Shown here one piece after another: positions 1-9,779 of a DNA stretch of 64,000 bases (positions are counted from its first letter, which is position 1; the number at the start of each line of letters is the position of its first letter). Location of the stretch: the NCBI GenBank assembly GCA_004764695.1, contig SMSO01000032.1, forward strand, positions 3,566,483 to 3,630,482, given 5' to 3'. Made by a program: the position numbers and the translations under genes. The notes beneath the pieces were generated by a model. It searched no databases and was not told the origin of the DNA. It saw only the letters and a list, made by a program, of their open reading frames with translations. Origin of the DNA: Schizochytrium sp. TIO01. Lineage: Eukaryota; Protista; Bigyra: Labyrinthulomycetes.

Positions 1-302
1 CTATGATTGCTACTTTTCTTGATACTGTATGGTGAGACTGGACTTTTGCCAGGGCCTTTGCTATGGTGTCCACTGCTGCTAAGCATTCCATTGTTTATGT
101 TGTTGTTTATATTGTTGTTGTTGTTGTTGTCGTGGTGGTGCTGGTGGTTGTTATTGACGCCGTTGCTGCTGCTGCTGCTGCCGCTACCGCCGTTGTTGCA
201 TGCTAGACGTACGCTGGTTGATGTGTCTGAGCTTTTCCGGCTTGCGGTCGACTCAGCATTCTTTTTCTGGGCCTCGAGGGCCATCTTTTTGCCTCGCGAC
301 AT
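1..302 (-). CDS. N-terminal part of an Asn/Ser/His-rich low-complexity protein (runs off the window start)
   Basis: Manual translation of the minus strand from ATG at 302 (context TAAG-ATG): MSRGKKMALEAQKKNAESTASRKSS...NNNHQHHHDNNNNNINNN...PYSIKKSSNH, open to position 1. Not in the ORF track because the stop is outside the window. Confidence 0.7.
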   Translation of the reverse strand, partial: MSRGKKMALEAQKKNAESTASRKSSDTSTSVRLACNNGGSGSSSSSNGVNNNHQHHHDNNNNNNINNNINNGMLSSSGHHSKGPGKSPVSPYSIKKSSNH

Positions 303-836
303 CTTAGAAACCTGAGCTCCACACAGCAATGGGAGAACTGGTCTGCACGCACAAGTTGGCAGGAGCAGAATCGCCCAAACTCGGAGTGGTGGTTGAGTTG
401 TAAAAAAAGTTTTAGGTATTTAAAAAAAGAAAAAGAAAAAAGAAAAAAAGTTAATTTACCAAAAATATTATTTATTTTATTTTATATTAAAAAACTATAC
501 GTCTACAACGATTGCAATTCTATCAAACTATTCTACCTCTTTTTATGGGTCTTGGCAACACACATTTCATGGTCAATTTATTTTAAAGTTGACGGTTCGA
601 GATCTCTTTTAGCGCTACAGTGCATGCAAACTAAAAAAGTGCTTAATCCTTAGTACTATAGTACCAAAGTTCGAAATGTGTCTATCATTCCAAGCAAAGT
701 TATGGTAAGTGTATTCTGAAAGGTGAAACAAGATAAGTCTTGAGGTAATACGAATAAAAGCTACGCAAACCTTGATTACTAGCTTGCAGGCTCATTCAAT
801 TCTTATAGAATAAATTACATTATTAAATTGTGAATT

Positions 837-3800
837 TTATCTAGTTGAACCTCCAGATGAAAACCTGTTGGTCAACATGGTGAAGCGAGACTTTGTCTGT
901 TTCTTAGCAGCATTGGGATCGGCCTCTAAACGTGCAAGACGCTTGCGAACCTTTTCTGTATCTTTTAGATACTTTTCTTGCTCTTCGAGCCGATGCTTCT
1001 GTTCAAGTTCTTGCTGAAAACGGTACATGACTAAGGCCTCAATTGCTGCAGCCTTTTCGAGCTTCTCCGATCCGGTGTACTCCGGACCATACTTAATTCC
1101 TGCTTGCTTGCATTCAGCCACAAGATGTTTTGCATTTGAAGAACCACGGAACTCCTTTGTAGCCTTGTTGACACGCTTTGTAAATTCTTCATTGCTTAGC
1201 TGTTCCACAACTTGACGATGCATGTCTTTACGAATCTCTGCTCGAGCATCTGCCATTTGCTGAATAAGCATATCTGTGTATGCATTTTTTGACAACTCAG
1301 TACCATTCAAAGCTGCATCGATGCCTATGTCTTTACTGGCTTCGTCACGGAGCATGCGCTCGAGGTACGCCTTTTGCTCAAAAAAGGTCTCTTCTTCTAG
1401 ACTTCGTTTCATTTTCACTAGACTAAAGATCTTATTTCTGCGCGCATTGTTGGCACGGAATGGCTTGAAGGTCTCTGCAATTTCATCCTCCACATCTTGA
1501 CGCCCAAGCTCTGCTTTCCAATCTTGCATAAGAGAAAGCTCATTCTCGAGGGCTTTGATTTGTTCTGCTGCAGGATTAGGCTCTTCTTCAGCGGCTTCTC
1601 GTTGCTGCACGCGTTCAAGACCACGACTAGTAGGTAATCCTGCATCCTCGTCATCTTCGCGCTCCTGAATAACAGCAGGCTTCTCCCAGGTAGATTCCTT
1701 GCTAAAATCGTTGAAATAATAGTACCTTGCTGATGCAACATCGTACATCTTCCTCCAAACAGCATACTCATTTGCAGGTGACCATGCGTGCGTGACACGC
1801 CGCCCTTTGGAGTGATACTCCGCGTAGCATTCGTCACAGTAAATATCTCCACAATGCTTGCAATTCTTTGTAGCAGCAACAAGATCGCAGTACGGACACC
1901 AACGATCGCCATACCCTAGGTCTGGCTTCGTATATCGACAAAGATTTTCACACTCGTGCTTTTTACGTTCAGGAGAATTATGCAGCCTTTCCCAACATTG
2001 ATCACAAAATGCATCGCCGCACGGTTTACAGAATCGATTAGCAAGCTGCTTTTCGCATCCAATGCAAACAGTCTGATCCTCGAGCTCTTCAATAACATAT
2101 CTGGAGTGATTTTTGCTTGGGCCTTTTGCATGAAGGCGCTCATTACATTCTTCGCAAAAGACCTGGTTACACTGATGGCAAAATAATGTTGCAGGTTGAT
2201 TGCATGTAGCCTTTTTCGATACCCATGGAAGTAACTGCCGACAGAGCAACGTGGAAGCACTACAAGCCGTTCGCTTAGCTTCTATAGCCTGTTTTAATGC
2301 ATCTGCTTTGGCCTTGCGTGCGTCATCTCTTGCGTTACGAGCTTCTGCCTCAGCAATGTTGTAAGGAACCTCCCATTGACTCCAGCCCGATATTTCATTC
2401 CAGTAATAAACTTCGGATTCTGGATCATTTTCATCACAATGAACCTTGACCCAAGCTTTCTCAATTTCTTTCTGACGGCTATCATACTTGATAATGCGCT
2501 CCAGGGTATCGAGGCTCTGAAAGTGTTTTGCCCAACCTGGTGGATGAAAACCTTCCCGCTCCCGCTTTCTTTTGCGTTGACGAACTGCAAAGTCATATGC
2601 TTCTTTCTCAAAGATAGTTTTAGCAGTCCGTCGACGGTCTTGCCTTGCCTCTTTCCTTTCCATTCGTCGTTTATCCTTTTCCATCTTGATTTTACGTTCA
2701 TACTTGTACTCTTCCTTGAGAACACGGTCATGCTCTCTCTTCATGAGCTCTGCAAAGCGTTTTCGGCCTTTGTGTGATCGCCATACGCGTTGAATATACA
2801 GAGCACATTTCGCTTGTTTATCAAGAAACTTACGGCGCTCTCGGAATCTTTTTTCTAGATCTCGCTTGGCAAGAATACGCCGCCAAAATATTTGCAATCG
2901 GTAGGCTGCCCGGTTGAGACGAGCTCGATGCATTGCAAGCTTGGCAAGGTAGACGCGAACGCACCGTTGTATCTTGGATGCGATTTCGCTGCGGTATGCG
3001 TGAATCAATGCTTTGAACTTTCTACGAGCTAAGATGATGCGAGCTCGACATTGAATAAGTCGTGCAGCCCGAGACCTTCGGGTCATCTTCCAGACAAGAT
3101 CAGCTTCACGCCGATTCCGCGCTCTTTTGGCATTCATCCGGGTAAAGCGAGCTTGTTTGCGGGCTAAATATGGTCGTACTAGCACAGCTTGAACAACAAT
3201 AGCTGCGTGATTCATTCTTAGTTCTTGATACTTGAGTCTAGCTTGCATGCCTCGCACATGACGCTGAATGCACGTCGCGGATTTCTTCTCAAGGGCTTGT
3301 TGCTTGAGGAAAGCAATACGGGCTGAACGGCAACGTGCTAGTTCTTGACGGGCAAATGAACTGCGCAGCATGCATTGAATTTTTCGTGCACCATAAAATC
3401 GACGCATGGTGTATGCTCGTCTCATTGCCCTGTGGCTCCGAACAAGACACTGAATAATAGTGGCCATCTTCGCAACAAGACGACGTCTTTGTTCGCGTTT
3501 ACGATTGACTTTGCGAACCGCTAGCCATCCCCTTGTTGCGTGTTGAATAATGATACTTGCTTCTGAATAAAGGCGCAAACGGTGAGTTTTACGACGAACC
3601 ACAAATCCACGGACAATTCTTTGAATTTGTGTAGCACATTTGTTCTGGAATTCCAGCTCCTTTCGGCGAGCATTGCAGCGTTGCGCAAGCTCGTACTGTC
3701 CTTGGCAATTCCACCAGAAGATCTGAATCCGCTCAGCTGCGAGGTGTTTTCGCACAATCTCCTGAGCAAGTTGAGCTTTCCGAGTTTTCACACATTGTTT

Positions 3801-4991
3801 AGCGAGAACGTACCGTCCAAAGCATTGAAGCGTCAGGCGCGCTCTGTCTCGTCTTGCTTGAGCTTCCCGTTTTTCTCGTTCCCGTTTTGCTGCAATTTTC
3901 ATGCTGAGTGCATAACTTCCGTGTTTGATACGCCAAAACTTTTGAATTTTCGATGCAGCTCGTGATAAATATTCACGCTCCCGTTGTAAAAGATGAGAAC
4001 GATTACGACCAATAAAACCGCGACCAACGCGCTCAATTTTAAGAGCTGCTTTCGACCTAGCAACAATTTTCTTCCGCAGTCTGCTTTCTACTTGCTCACG
4101 CTCATAGCGTGCTTTTTGAGCCCGTGCTTTGGCAGCTCTTCTGCGATAGGTACGCTGAATTCTGACTGCCGCTTGTTCTAGACGCAATTGATGTGCCTTC
4201 CGGGTGGAAAGAAAAGCCACATGACGATGAGCGCAATATTTCCTGTATATGAGTTGAATTTGAGTGGCTGCAGTATCGCAGGTGGCCACACGATCTCGCT
4301 GGCGCTGCTTATATAGCTTCATGAGAGTGGCTCGTCTATGTAAAAAGGCCGTAGCGCAGACAGCGTTGCTATTTCTCTGGCGCTCACGATCAAGCGACGC
4401 CGCCCTTTTTGTAGCTCGGCGGCGCCCTTTAAATCCGCGATAGCAACGTTGTATATCGAGTGCAGACTTTTCTCGCTGAAGTTCTGCAAGGTAGTCAACT
4501 TGATCTTTCCAGTGTAGGAGATAGACGCGCGGCTTTCCTTGCATTGCTCGCTTTGCAAGACGTTCTAGTGTATGGAGACTTTTAGCCTGTTTGACAAGCA
4601 GCTCCATTTCGTCGCGTTTTCTAGCTTCTTCCTGCTCAAGAAGGTGTATATGTCGCCTCCATCGTTTCCAGGCGAGAAGTTTGGCTTGGTATTGCATCCG
4701 CTTTAGAACATCAATGACAGCTCGGCGCATGCGATCCCTGCATTCTTGAATGTCGCGCTCAAACAAATATGTCAATGGCAGGATTTTGCGGGCAGCTACA
4801 ACGGACGCCTCCACAGCCTGGCTTTGTCGCATTTCCGCGAGCACATGCTTCCTTAGCTCTCGGTCGAGGGAGCGCCCTTCTTTACTCCATTCTTGCTCAA
4901 TCCTGCGTCGAGCGAGTTTGGCCACGATATCTTTACGGTTTTTTTCTGCAACATCCTGCGCAGTAGACCTTAGCCGAGGCGGGGACGACAT
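837..4991 (-). CDS. Large IQ-motif (calmodulin-binding) protein with two WW domains, three B-box-type zinc fingers and coiled coils
   Basis: 1384-aa ORF. Many IQxxxRGxxxR-like repeats (IQRCYRGFKGR, IQRIVRGFVVR, IQRHVRGMQAR); WW motifs WVKV...YYWNEISGWSQWEVP and WRKMYD...YYYFNDFSKESTWEKP; three CxxC...CxxC...H...H B-box-like units. Confidence 0.9.
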   Translation of the reverse strand: MSSPPRLRSTAQDVAEKNRKDIVAKLARRRIEQEWSKEGRSLDRELRKHVLAEMRQSQAVEASVVAARKILPLTYLFERDIQECRDRMRRAVIDVLKRMQYQAKLLAWKRWRRHIHLLEQEEARKRDEMELLVKQAKSLHTLERLAKRAMQGKPRVYLLHWKDQVDYLAELQREKSALDIQRCYRGFKGRRRATKRAASLDRERQRNSNAVCATAFLHRRATLMKLYKQRQRDRVATCDTAATQIQLIYRKYCAHRHVAFLSTRKAHQLRLEQAAVRIQRTYRRRAAKARAQKARYEREQVESRLRKKIVARSKAALKIERVGRGFIGRNRSHLLQREREYLSRAASKIQKFWRIKHGSYALSMKIAAKREREKREAQARRDRARLTLQCFGRYVLAKQCVKTRKAQLAQEIVRKHLAAERIQIFWWNCQGQYELAQRCNARRKELEFQNKCATQIQRIVRGFVVRRKTHRLRLYSEASIIIQHATRGWLAVRKVNRKREQRRRLVAKMATIIQCLVRSHRAMRRAYTMRRFYGARKIQCMLRSSFARQELARCRSARIAFLKQQALEKKSATCIQRHVRGMQARLKYQELRMNHAAIVVQAVLVRPYLARKQARFTRMNAKRARNRREADLVWKMTRRSRAARLIQCRARIILARRKFKALIHAYRSEIASKIQRCVRVYLAKLAMHRARLNRAAYRLQIFWRRILAKRDLEKRFRERRKFLDKQAKCALYIQRVWRSHKGRKRFAELMKREHDRVLKEEYKYERKIKMEKDKRRMERKEARQDRRRTAKTIFEKEAYDFAVRQRKRKREREGFHPPGWAKHFQSLDTLERIIKYDSRQKEIEKAWVKVHCDENDPESEVYYWNEISGWSQWEVPYNIAEAEARNARDDARKAKADALKQAIEAKRTACSASTLLCRQLLPWVSKKATCNQPATLFCHQCNQVFCEECNERLHAKGPSKNHSRYVIEELEDQTVCIGCEKQLANRFCKPCGDAFCDQCWERLHNSPERKKHECENLCRYTKPDLGYGDRWCPYCDLVAATKNCKHCGDIYCDECYAEYHSKGRRVTHAWSPANEYAVWRKMYDVASARYYYFNDFSKESTWEKPAVIQEREDDEDAGLPTSRGLERVQQREAAEEEPNPAAEQIKALENELSLMQDWKAELGRQDVEDEIAETFKPFRANNARRNKIFSLVKMKRSLEEETFFEQKAYLERMLRDEASKDIGIDAALNGTELSKNAYTDMLIQQMADARAEIRKDMHRQVVEQLSNEEFTKRVNKATKEFRGSSNAKHLVAECKQAGIKYGPEYTGSEKLEKAAAIEALVMYRFQQELEQKHRLEEQEKYLKDTEKVRKRLARLEADPNAAKKQTKSRFTMLTNRFSSGGSTR

Positions 4992-6524
4992 TGTAGCCTT
5001 GTCCTCCTATTCTCACTCGCTCACGTGCCTCGCAGGCATGCCGTCTAGCTCATGGCAATGGGCTTTTACAAACACTCACAGCATTTATAGATGCCTCACT
5101 TTAAAAAATGTGTTCGTTGAGACAAGGGACTATAACATTGTGTCCCCATATAGCGTTATTTGCTAAATATTGTGGAAGTCTTGCTGGGCGTTGTTGTGTC
5201 GATATTGATTTACTTGAGATGGGAGTAATTCAAAGGGATGCCAAGAGCAAGTGCATGTTACATATTTTACATTTTTGTATGTTCTCTATGCTAGCCCTTC
5301 TTCTTTGCTCGTTCTATGAAGTTTGCAGTCTTGTTATAGATGTGGCTGGAAGGACGAAAGAGGACCAAAAGTTACATGTTGGAAACAAGTGAAAAGAAGT
5401 CATTCGATTTTCACTTATTGCGATTATTCGGTGAGTCATGTTCAATATTACAATAGAGGATAACAAACTTTGGAACATGGTTTGGACGGTTGCATACTTC
5501 CACGCGATCTCATATACTCGTTTTTCAGTTAATGTTTGTTAATTTCTATGGTATCTTCTACATTATTCTTCCCCGTCATTTATGTTAAAGTGAAAGCTCT
5601 GGGTATCAAATTATCCGTGTCTAAACTCTGTGCGATTATTTAGCTCATAGAATCGCGAAAGCATAACTTATGATAGATCTCGATACGGGTACTTCCTGAA
5701 AACAACAATCTTTTGAACGTTAATGTTAATCTTGGATACTAGTTTTAAAACAAGTGAACTTGTAGGTTTTTGGTTGCAACTGGTCCTCCCTCCCTGCAAA
5801 GCTTTTGGCCTCACGCCAAGCATAGTAAATACCGCCTCGAGAAGAGCCAGCTTAAATGTGCATAAATCTCAAACTTGTCTGCCCAATTCCCAGCTCTTCT
5901 CGGATGAAACCTTAAGTCTATGTACTAAAGAACCACCAAAGAATCTATGTGCAAGACTGTCCTCCCTCTTCAGTGGAAAGTAAATCAAAGTAGACCAGAG
6001 CCGGCCAGAGCCAGTCTATTTTATCAGTATAATTTGATCATATAATTATTATATTTTAAAAAATCTTGAAAAAAAATCAAAGTTAAAAAACAAAAATACT
6101 AATGATTACAAGCAAGAATAGTAAATCAGTGTTTCCTTGCAACTGGGAAGTATAACCTACTACCCAGACATTAAAACAGTCCAATGAACTCCATACGTAC
6201 ATCTTAATGTCTATGTCGCTCGGGATGTTAAGATCTAAAGAGGTCGCTTTTCAAGATGAGAGAGGGACCCTTAGGTAATACTCTTACAATAACCAAAAAA
6301 AAAGGATCTGCTAACTCCTATCTAACAGGTATGGTACCTCTAAAAGAGCAAGAAAAAAGCTTTTAAGTAGTAATGCGTGGCATGCACCAAATCAGAAATC
6401 AAGGCTATTTCCATCTGTGCCCTCGCCGCCCTTCAGCCCTTCACAGCGGGTTTTACTTCTTCCACACGTTCTTTCAAAGTTTCTCGTCACCTCCGTCCCT
6501 TTATCCGTCGCATTCGTTGTCCTC

Positions 6525-7523
6525 ATGGAGGCATCATCGAGCGCAGGTGTTGTCCATGAAGAGGACGATGCCCTTTCCTGCAGCTCTTCCGTCGCTGAGG
6601 CTACTCCTGAGGTTCTCGCCGCTCGTGAAATCATCGCTACCGGTCTTTCTGAGGGCAAGTCGGCCCAGCAAATCAAAGAGGTCTTGCAAAGCAAGCACAA
6701 ATCGGAGCGTAAGGCCCTCCGCAAGTCCTGCAATGATGCCCTGAACGGCCTCAAGGGCGCAGAGCGCGACGCTGTCGAGTCTAAAAATGCTTCCAGCCGC
6801 GAAAGCGAAGCCTCTCGGCATAAACTTGAAATGGATGCACTTGACGCTGAACTGGAGTCTGCTCTCGCAGAGCTCGAGATCTCTGGCAAGGGAGCTTCGA
6901 ATGCATCCGCCCCAAACATTACGAGGGCTCAAAAGCGCCGCGAGAAGAAAAAGTCAGAGCAGAAGTCTGCTTCGGAACGTCTCGCAGCTAGGCAGGCAGC
7001 GGCAGGGCCGAGTAGGCGGGATCGAGAGCTAGAAGCCCTCGCAAAGAAGCTTGATGTTGAAGGGTCTTGCATCAAGGAAGTTGAAGCTGATGGTCACTGT
7101 TTGTACAGAGCTGTTGCAGATCAACTTGTGCAAAGGAAGCAGACGAATGTTGGAGAGTCAAAGGAACCGCATAAACTTTTGAGGACCATGTGTGCGCAAT
7201 ATATGCGCTCGCATAGAGCCATGTTTGAGCCCTTCATTGCTGTGGAGGACGAGGGTGGCGAACAAGGGGCCAAGAGCTTTGAGGAGTACCTGAACACCGT
7301 GCAAAACACATCTGAGTGGGGCGGACAGCTGGAACTCAGGGCACTAGCTGGAGCACTACAAACGCCGATCAGGGTCCTTTCGGCGACCGCTCCGGATGTG
7401 ATTATGGGAGAGGACTTCTCGGGAGAACCACTGCGTGTTACATTTCACCAACACTTCCTCACACTTGGAGAGCACTATAACTCAGTTCAGCCTAAATCCA
7501 ACACCACTGAGGATGACTTTTAA
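6525..7523 (+). CDS. OTU-domain deubiquitinase, OTUD6B/Otu2-like
   Basis: Catalytic motifs ADGHCLYRAV, WGGQLELRAL and LGEHYNSV; N-terminal coiled coil (KHKSERKAL). First ATG of the ORF is at 6525; the track start at 6417 is a GTG. Confidence 0.92.
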   Translation: MEASSSAGVVHEEDDALSCSSSVAEATPEVLAAREIIATGLSEGKSAQQIKEVLQSKHKSERKALRKSCNDALNGLKGAERDAVESKNASSRESEASRHKLEMDALDAELESALAELEISGKGASNASAPNITRAQKRREKKKSEQKSASERLAARQAAAGPSRRDRELEALAKKLDVEGSCIKEVEADGHCLYRAVADQLVQRKQTNVGESKEPHKLLRTMCAQYMRSHRAMFEPFIAVEDEGGEQGAKSFEEYLNTVQNTSEWGGQLELRALAGALQTPIRVLSATAPDVIMGEDFSGEPLRVTFHQHFLTLGEHYNSVQPKSNTTEDDF

Positions 7524-9779
7524 CTGGGTAGCTGGTAAAGACGGATGGAATCTCGATGTCGGCTGATCAATTTGCTCAGATATATTTAGTACTTTCATCT
7601 GTAGTTATTCTCTTCAGCTGTGTCTAACATAGTGTTAAAGACCGTAGGTGATTGGACTTAGTTGCCTATTGGTTTTCTTTTATAGTGCATTCGTAGTATA
7701 ATGATTTTGTCTGTAGGCCGAACATATACATTTACTCGCTTCGCTGCTTACAGGCATTTCATAATTGAATCAATGACTCTAATTATCCCGCATCAGAACC
7801 TCCAAGGTTGCTCCGGAGAAACTAAAAAATGTTTCACACACGACCTAGCTGGGCAAGGTGAAGGGTAGACTATGTGTGACAAGCGATGCGAAGTGGGGTA
7901 CTCTATGAAGATTTGACAGAGATCAGTCCATGCAAAATTACCTTTATTAATTGTGAGGTGGGTAAGGATGATAGTTTTATATTCATATATTTTTTCTCCA
8001 CCTTTTTCTGACCACGTACCCTTGGAGTCCAATCAATAATGTTATTTTGTGATGAATCTTTTTTCTGCACTTTTAAAACTAAAGATGCTTTTGTGCTTCT
8101 GGGCATATTCAGTCACATCTTCCTCAAATACTTCGATGAAGTTTCTGTTTGCTTAAAATGATCAGATTATCGTGTCACTTATATCATTGATCGTAATCTG
8201 TCAATAGCCTTGAAAATGCCAAGAAGCTTTGTGACTGTAAATTTTCATCAATTATTTGAAGTTTGATCCTAAGTTTGTTAAATTTGAAGTGCTCCATTGA
8301 TAGGTCTTTGAGGAATCAGCATTACGTAGCAGGTATCCAATAATGTTTAGGAGCAAACATAGTGCATTGAGGAAACTGAAACACTATTTTTGATGGACTA
8401 ATAACTCGTGGGCGAAAGCAATTTCAGATTCATCTAATGTATGAGTGTTGATAAATGAGCGCGAGAGTCATGTCCTCAATGACAAGAAAAGATATAGAGT
8501 AATGCATTAAAAAAGTGATATTTATCATGTACGAGTGTTGATTGGTAAAGGGAATCAAAGTATCGTGAATCGGCACCTAGTTAACTTCTCACTCTCTTCC
8601 AGCTCTATGATTTGAGGCAGAAGCAAAATAAAAAATGGAGATCAAACTCATTAGATTTTGGCGTTGACGTTGACGTGGGTTTTGATCTATATCTCTACTT
8701 TTGATCCAGAGTATTATTTTAACTTTCAATTTGCTGCTTAATTGATATCGAGCACTAAAGCTTACCTCCATTCTATCATACAAGCTAAACTTCAATATGA
8801 AGAAGGGTTAACCTTGATAAGGTAGATTATATCGACCTGGTTGTTGGCAGTTAATGCATTCTATTACTCAATGGTCATTGCCGATAAGTCATACTTGTGA
8901 CAGCGTCAGCATCATATCAACACACCAAGTTTCCAATTCCCACTTCATTCACATACGCCTCAGCGACACGGGCTCCTTTCGCTCTTCCTCGAGATTTTGG
9001 TGCACCTGCAGGATGACATTTCCTCATGCGCCGAAAGTACATTTTTTTAATTCTTTAGTTTTGTTAGCTCTTAGACTTTTCCTTAATCGACGAATAAAAC
9101 CCGCAACATAACATTTTTAAAAGTTGAAATAACAAAAAAGATCAAAGCGATGAATAGCCTCAAAAGCGTCACAGGTTTGCGCTCCTTGGAAAGTCCATAC
9201 CAAGGCGTCGTATGAAAGTAAAGTAAACCTGATCGCCATCATCTTGGCAAAACCATTAGTCTCTTGCACGTCTATTACTCTGCAAAGCTGCGAAACCAAT
9301 GATAACTATAACTTAATATTGACTGTATCATAATCATATCGTCATGATGGTCATGACATGGAAAAAAAGAAAGAAACGAAGATTTTTTATTGTAGTTGAA
9401 AAACATGAAATACAAGTTCTCTAACAGAAAACAATAAAAGAAAAAGAAGAGAAAGAAGAGAAAGAAGGCACTTCGTCGGATAGATAGATACGAGGAATTA
9501 CTCTTACTGCGCAAAGTAGGTTATAAATGGAGTATACTACACATTACAGGTTGCTATAATAGATTATTCTGTGAATAACTCATAGTATTAGACTTACTGC
9601 AAATGGCGAATAGCACAAGCTGTCTGCACCGACCTTGAGCTCGAGTTTGAGCAACCATTCCCGTTCCTCCTACACCATCGCGAAGCTCGCGTGGCGGGTC
9701 GCGATCACAAAGTGGATCTACTCTTTGTCGTGCAGATCTTAGACGCAGCTGGCGGCAATTTTAGGTGTCGAGGGTCGCC

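Noticed and set aside
7-315. 102-aa Leu-rich plus-strand ORF
   Set aside because: Antisense shadow of the AAC/AGC-rich minus-strand gene starting at 302; non-ATG start.
594-600. GGTTCGA T-loop-like motifs (also near 27123 and 53761) as tRNA genes
   Set aside because: No cloverleaf stems or A-box in the flanks.
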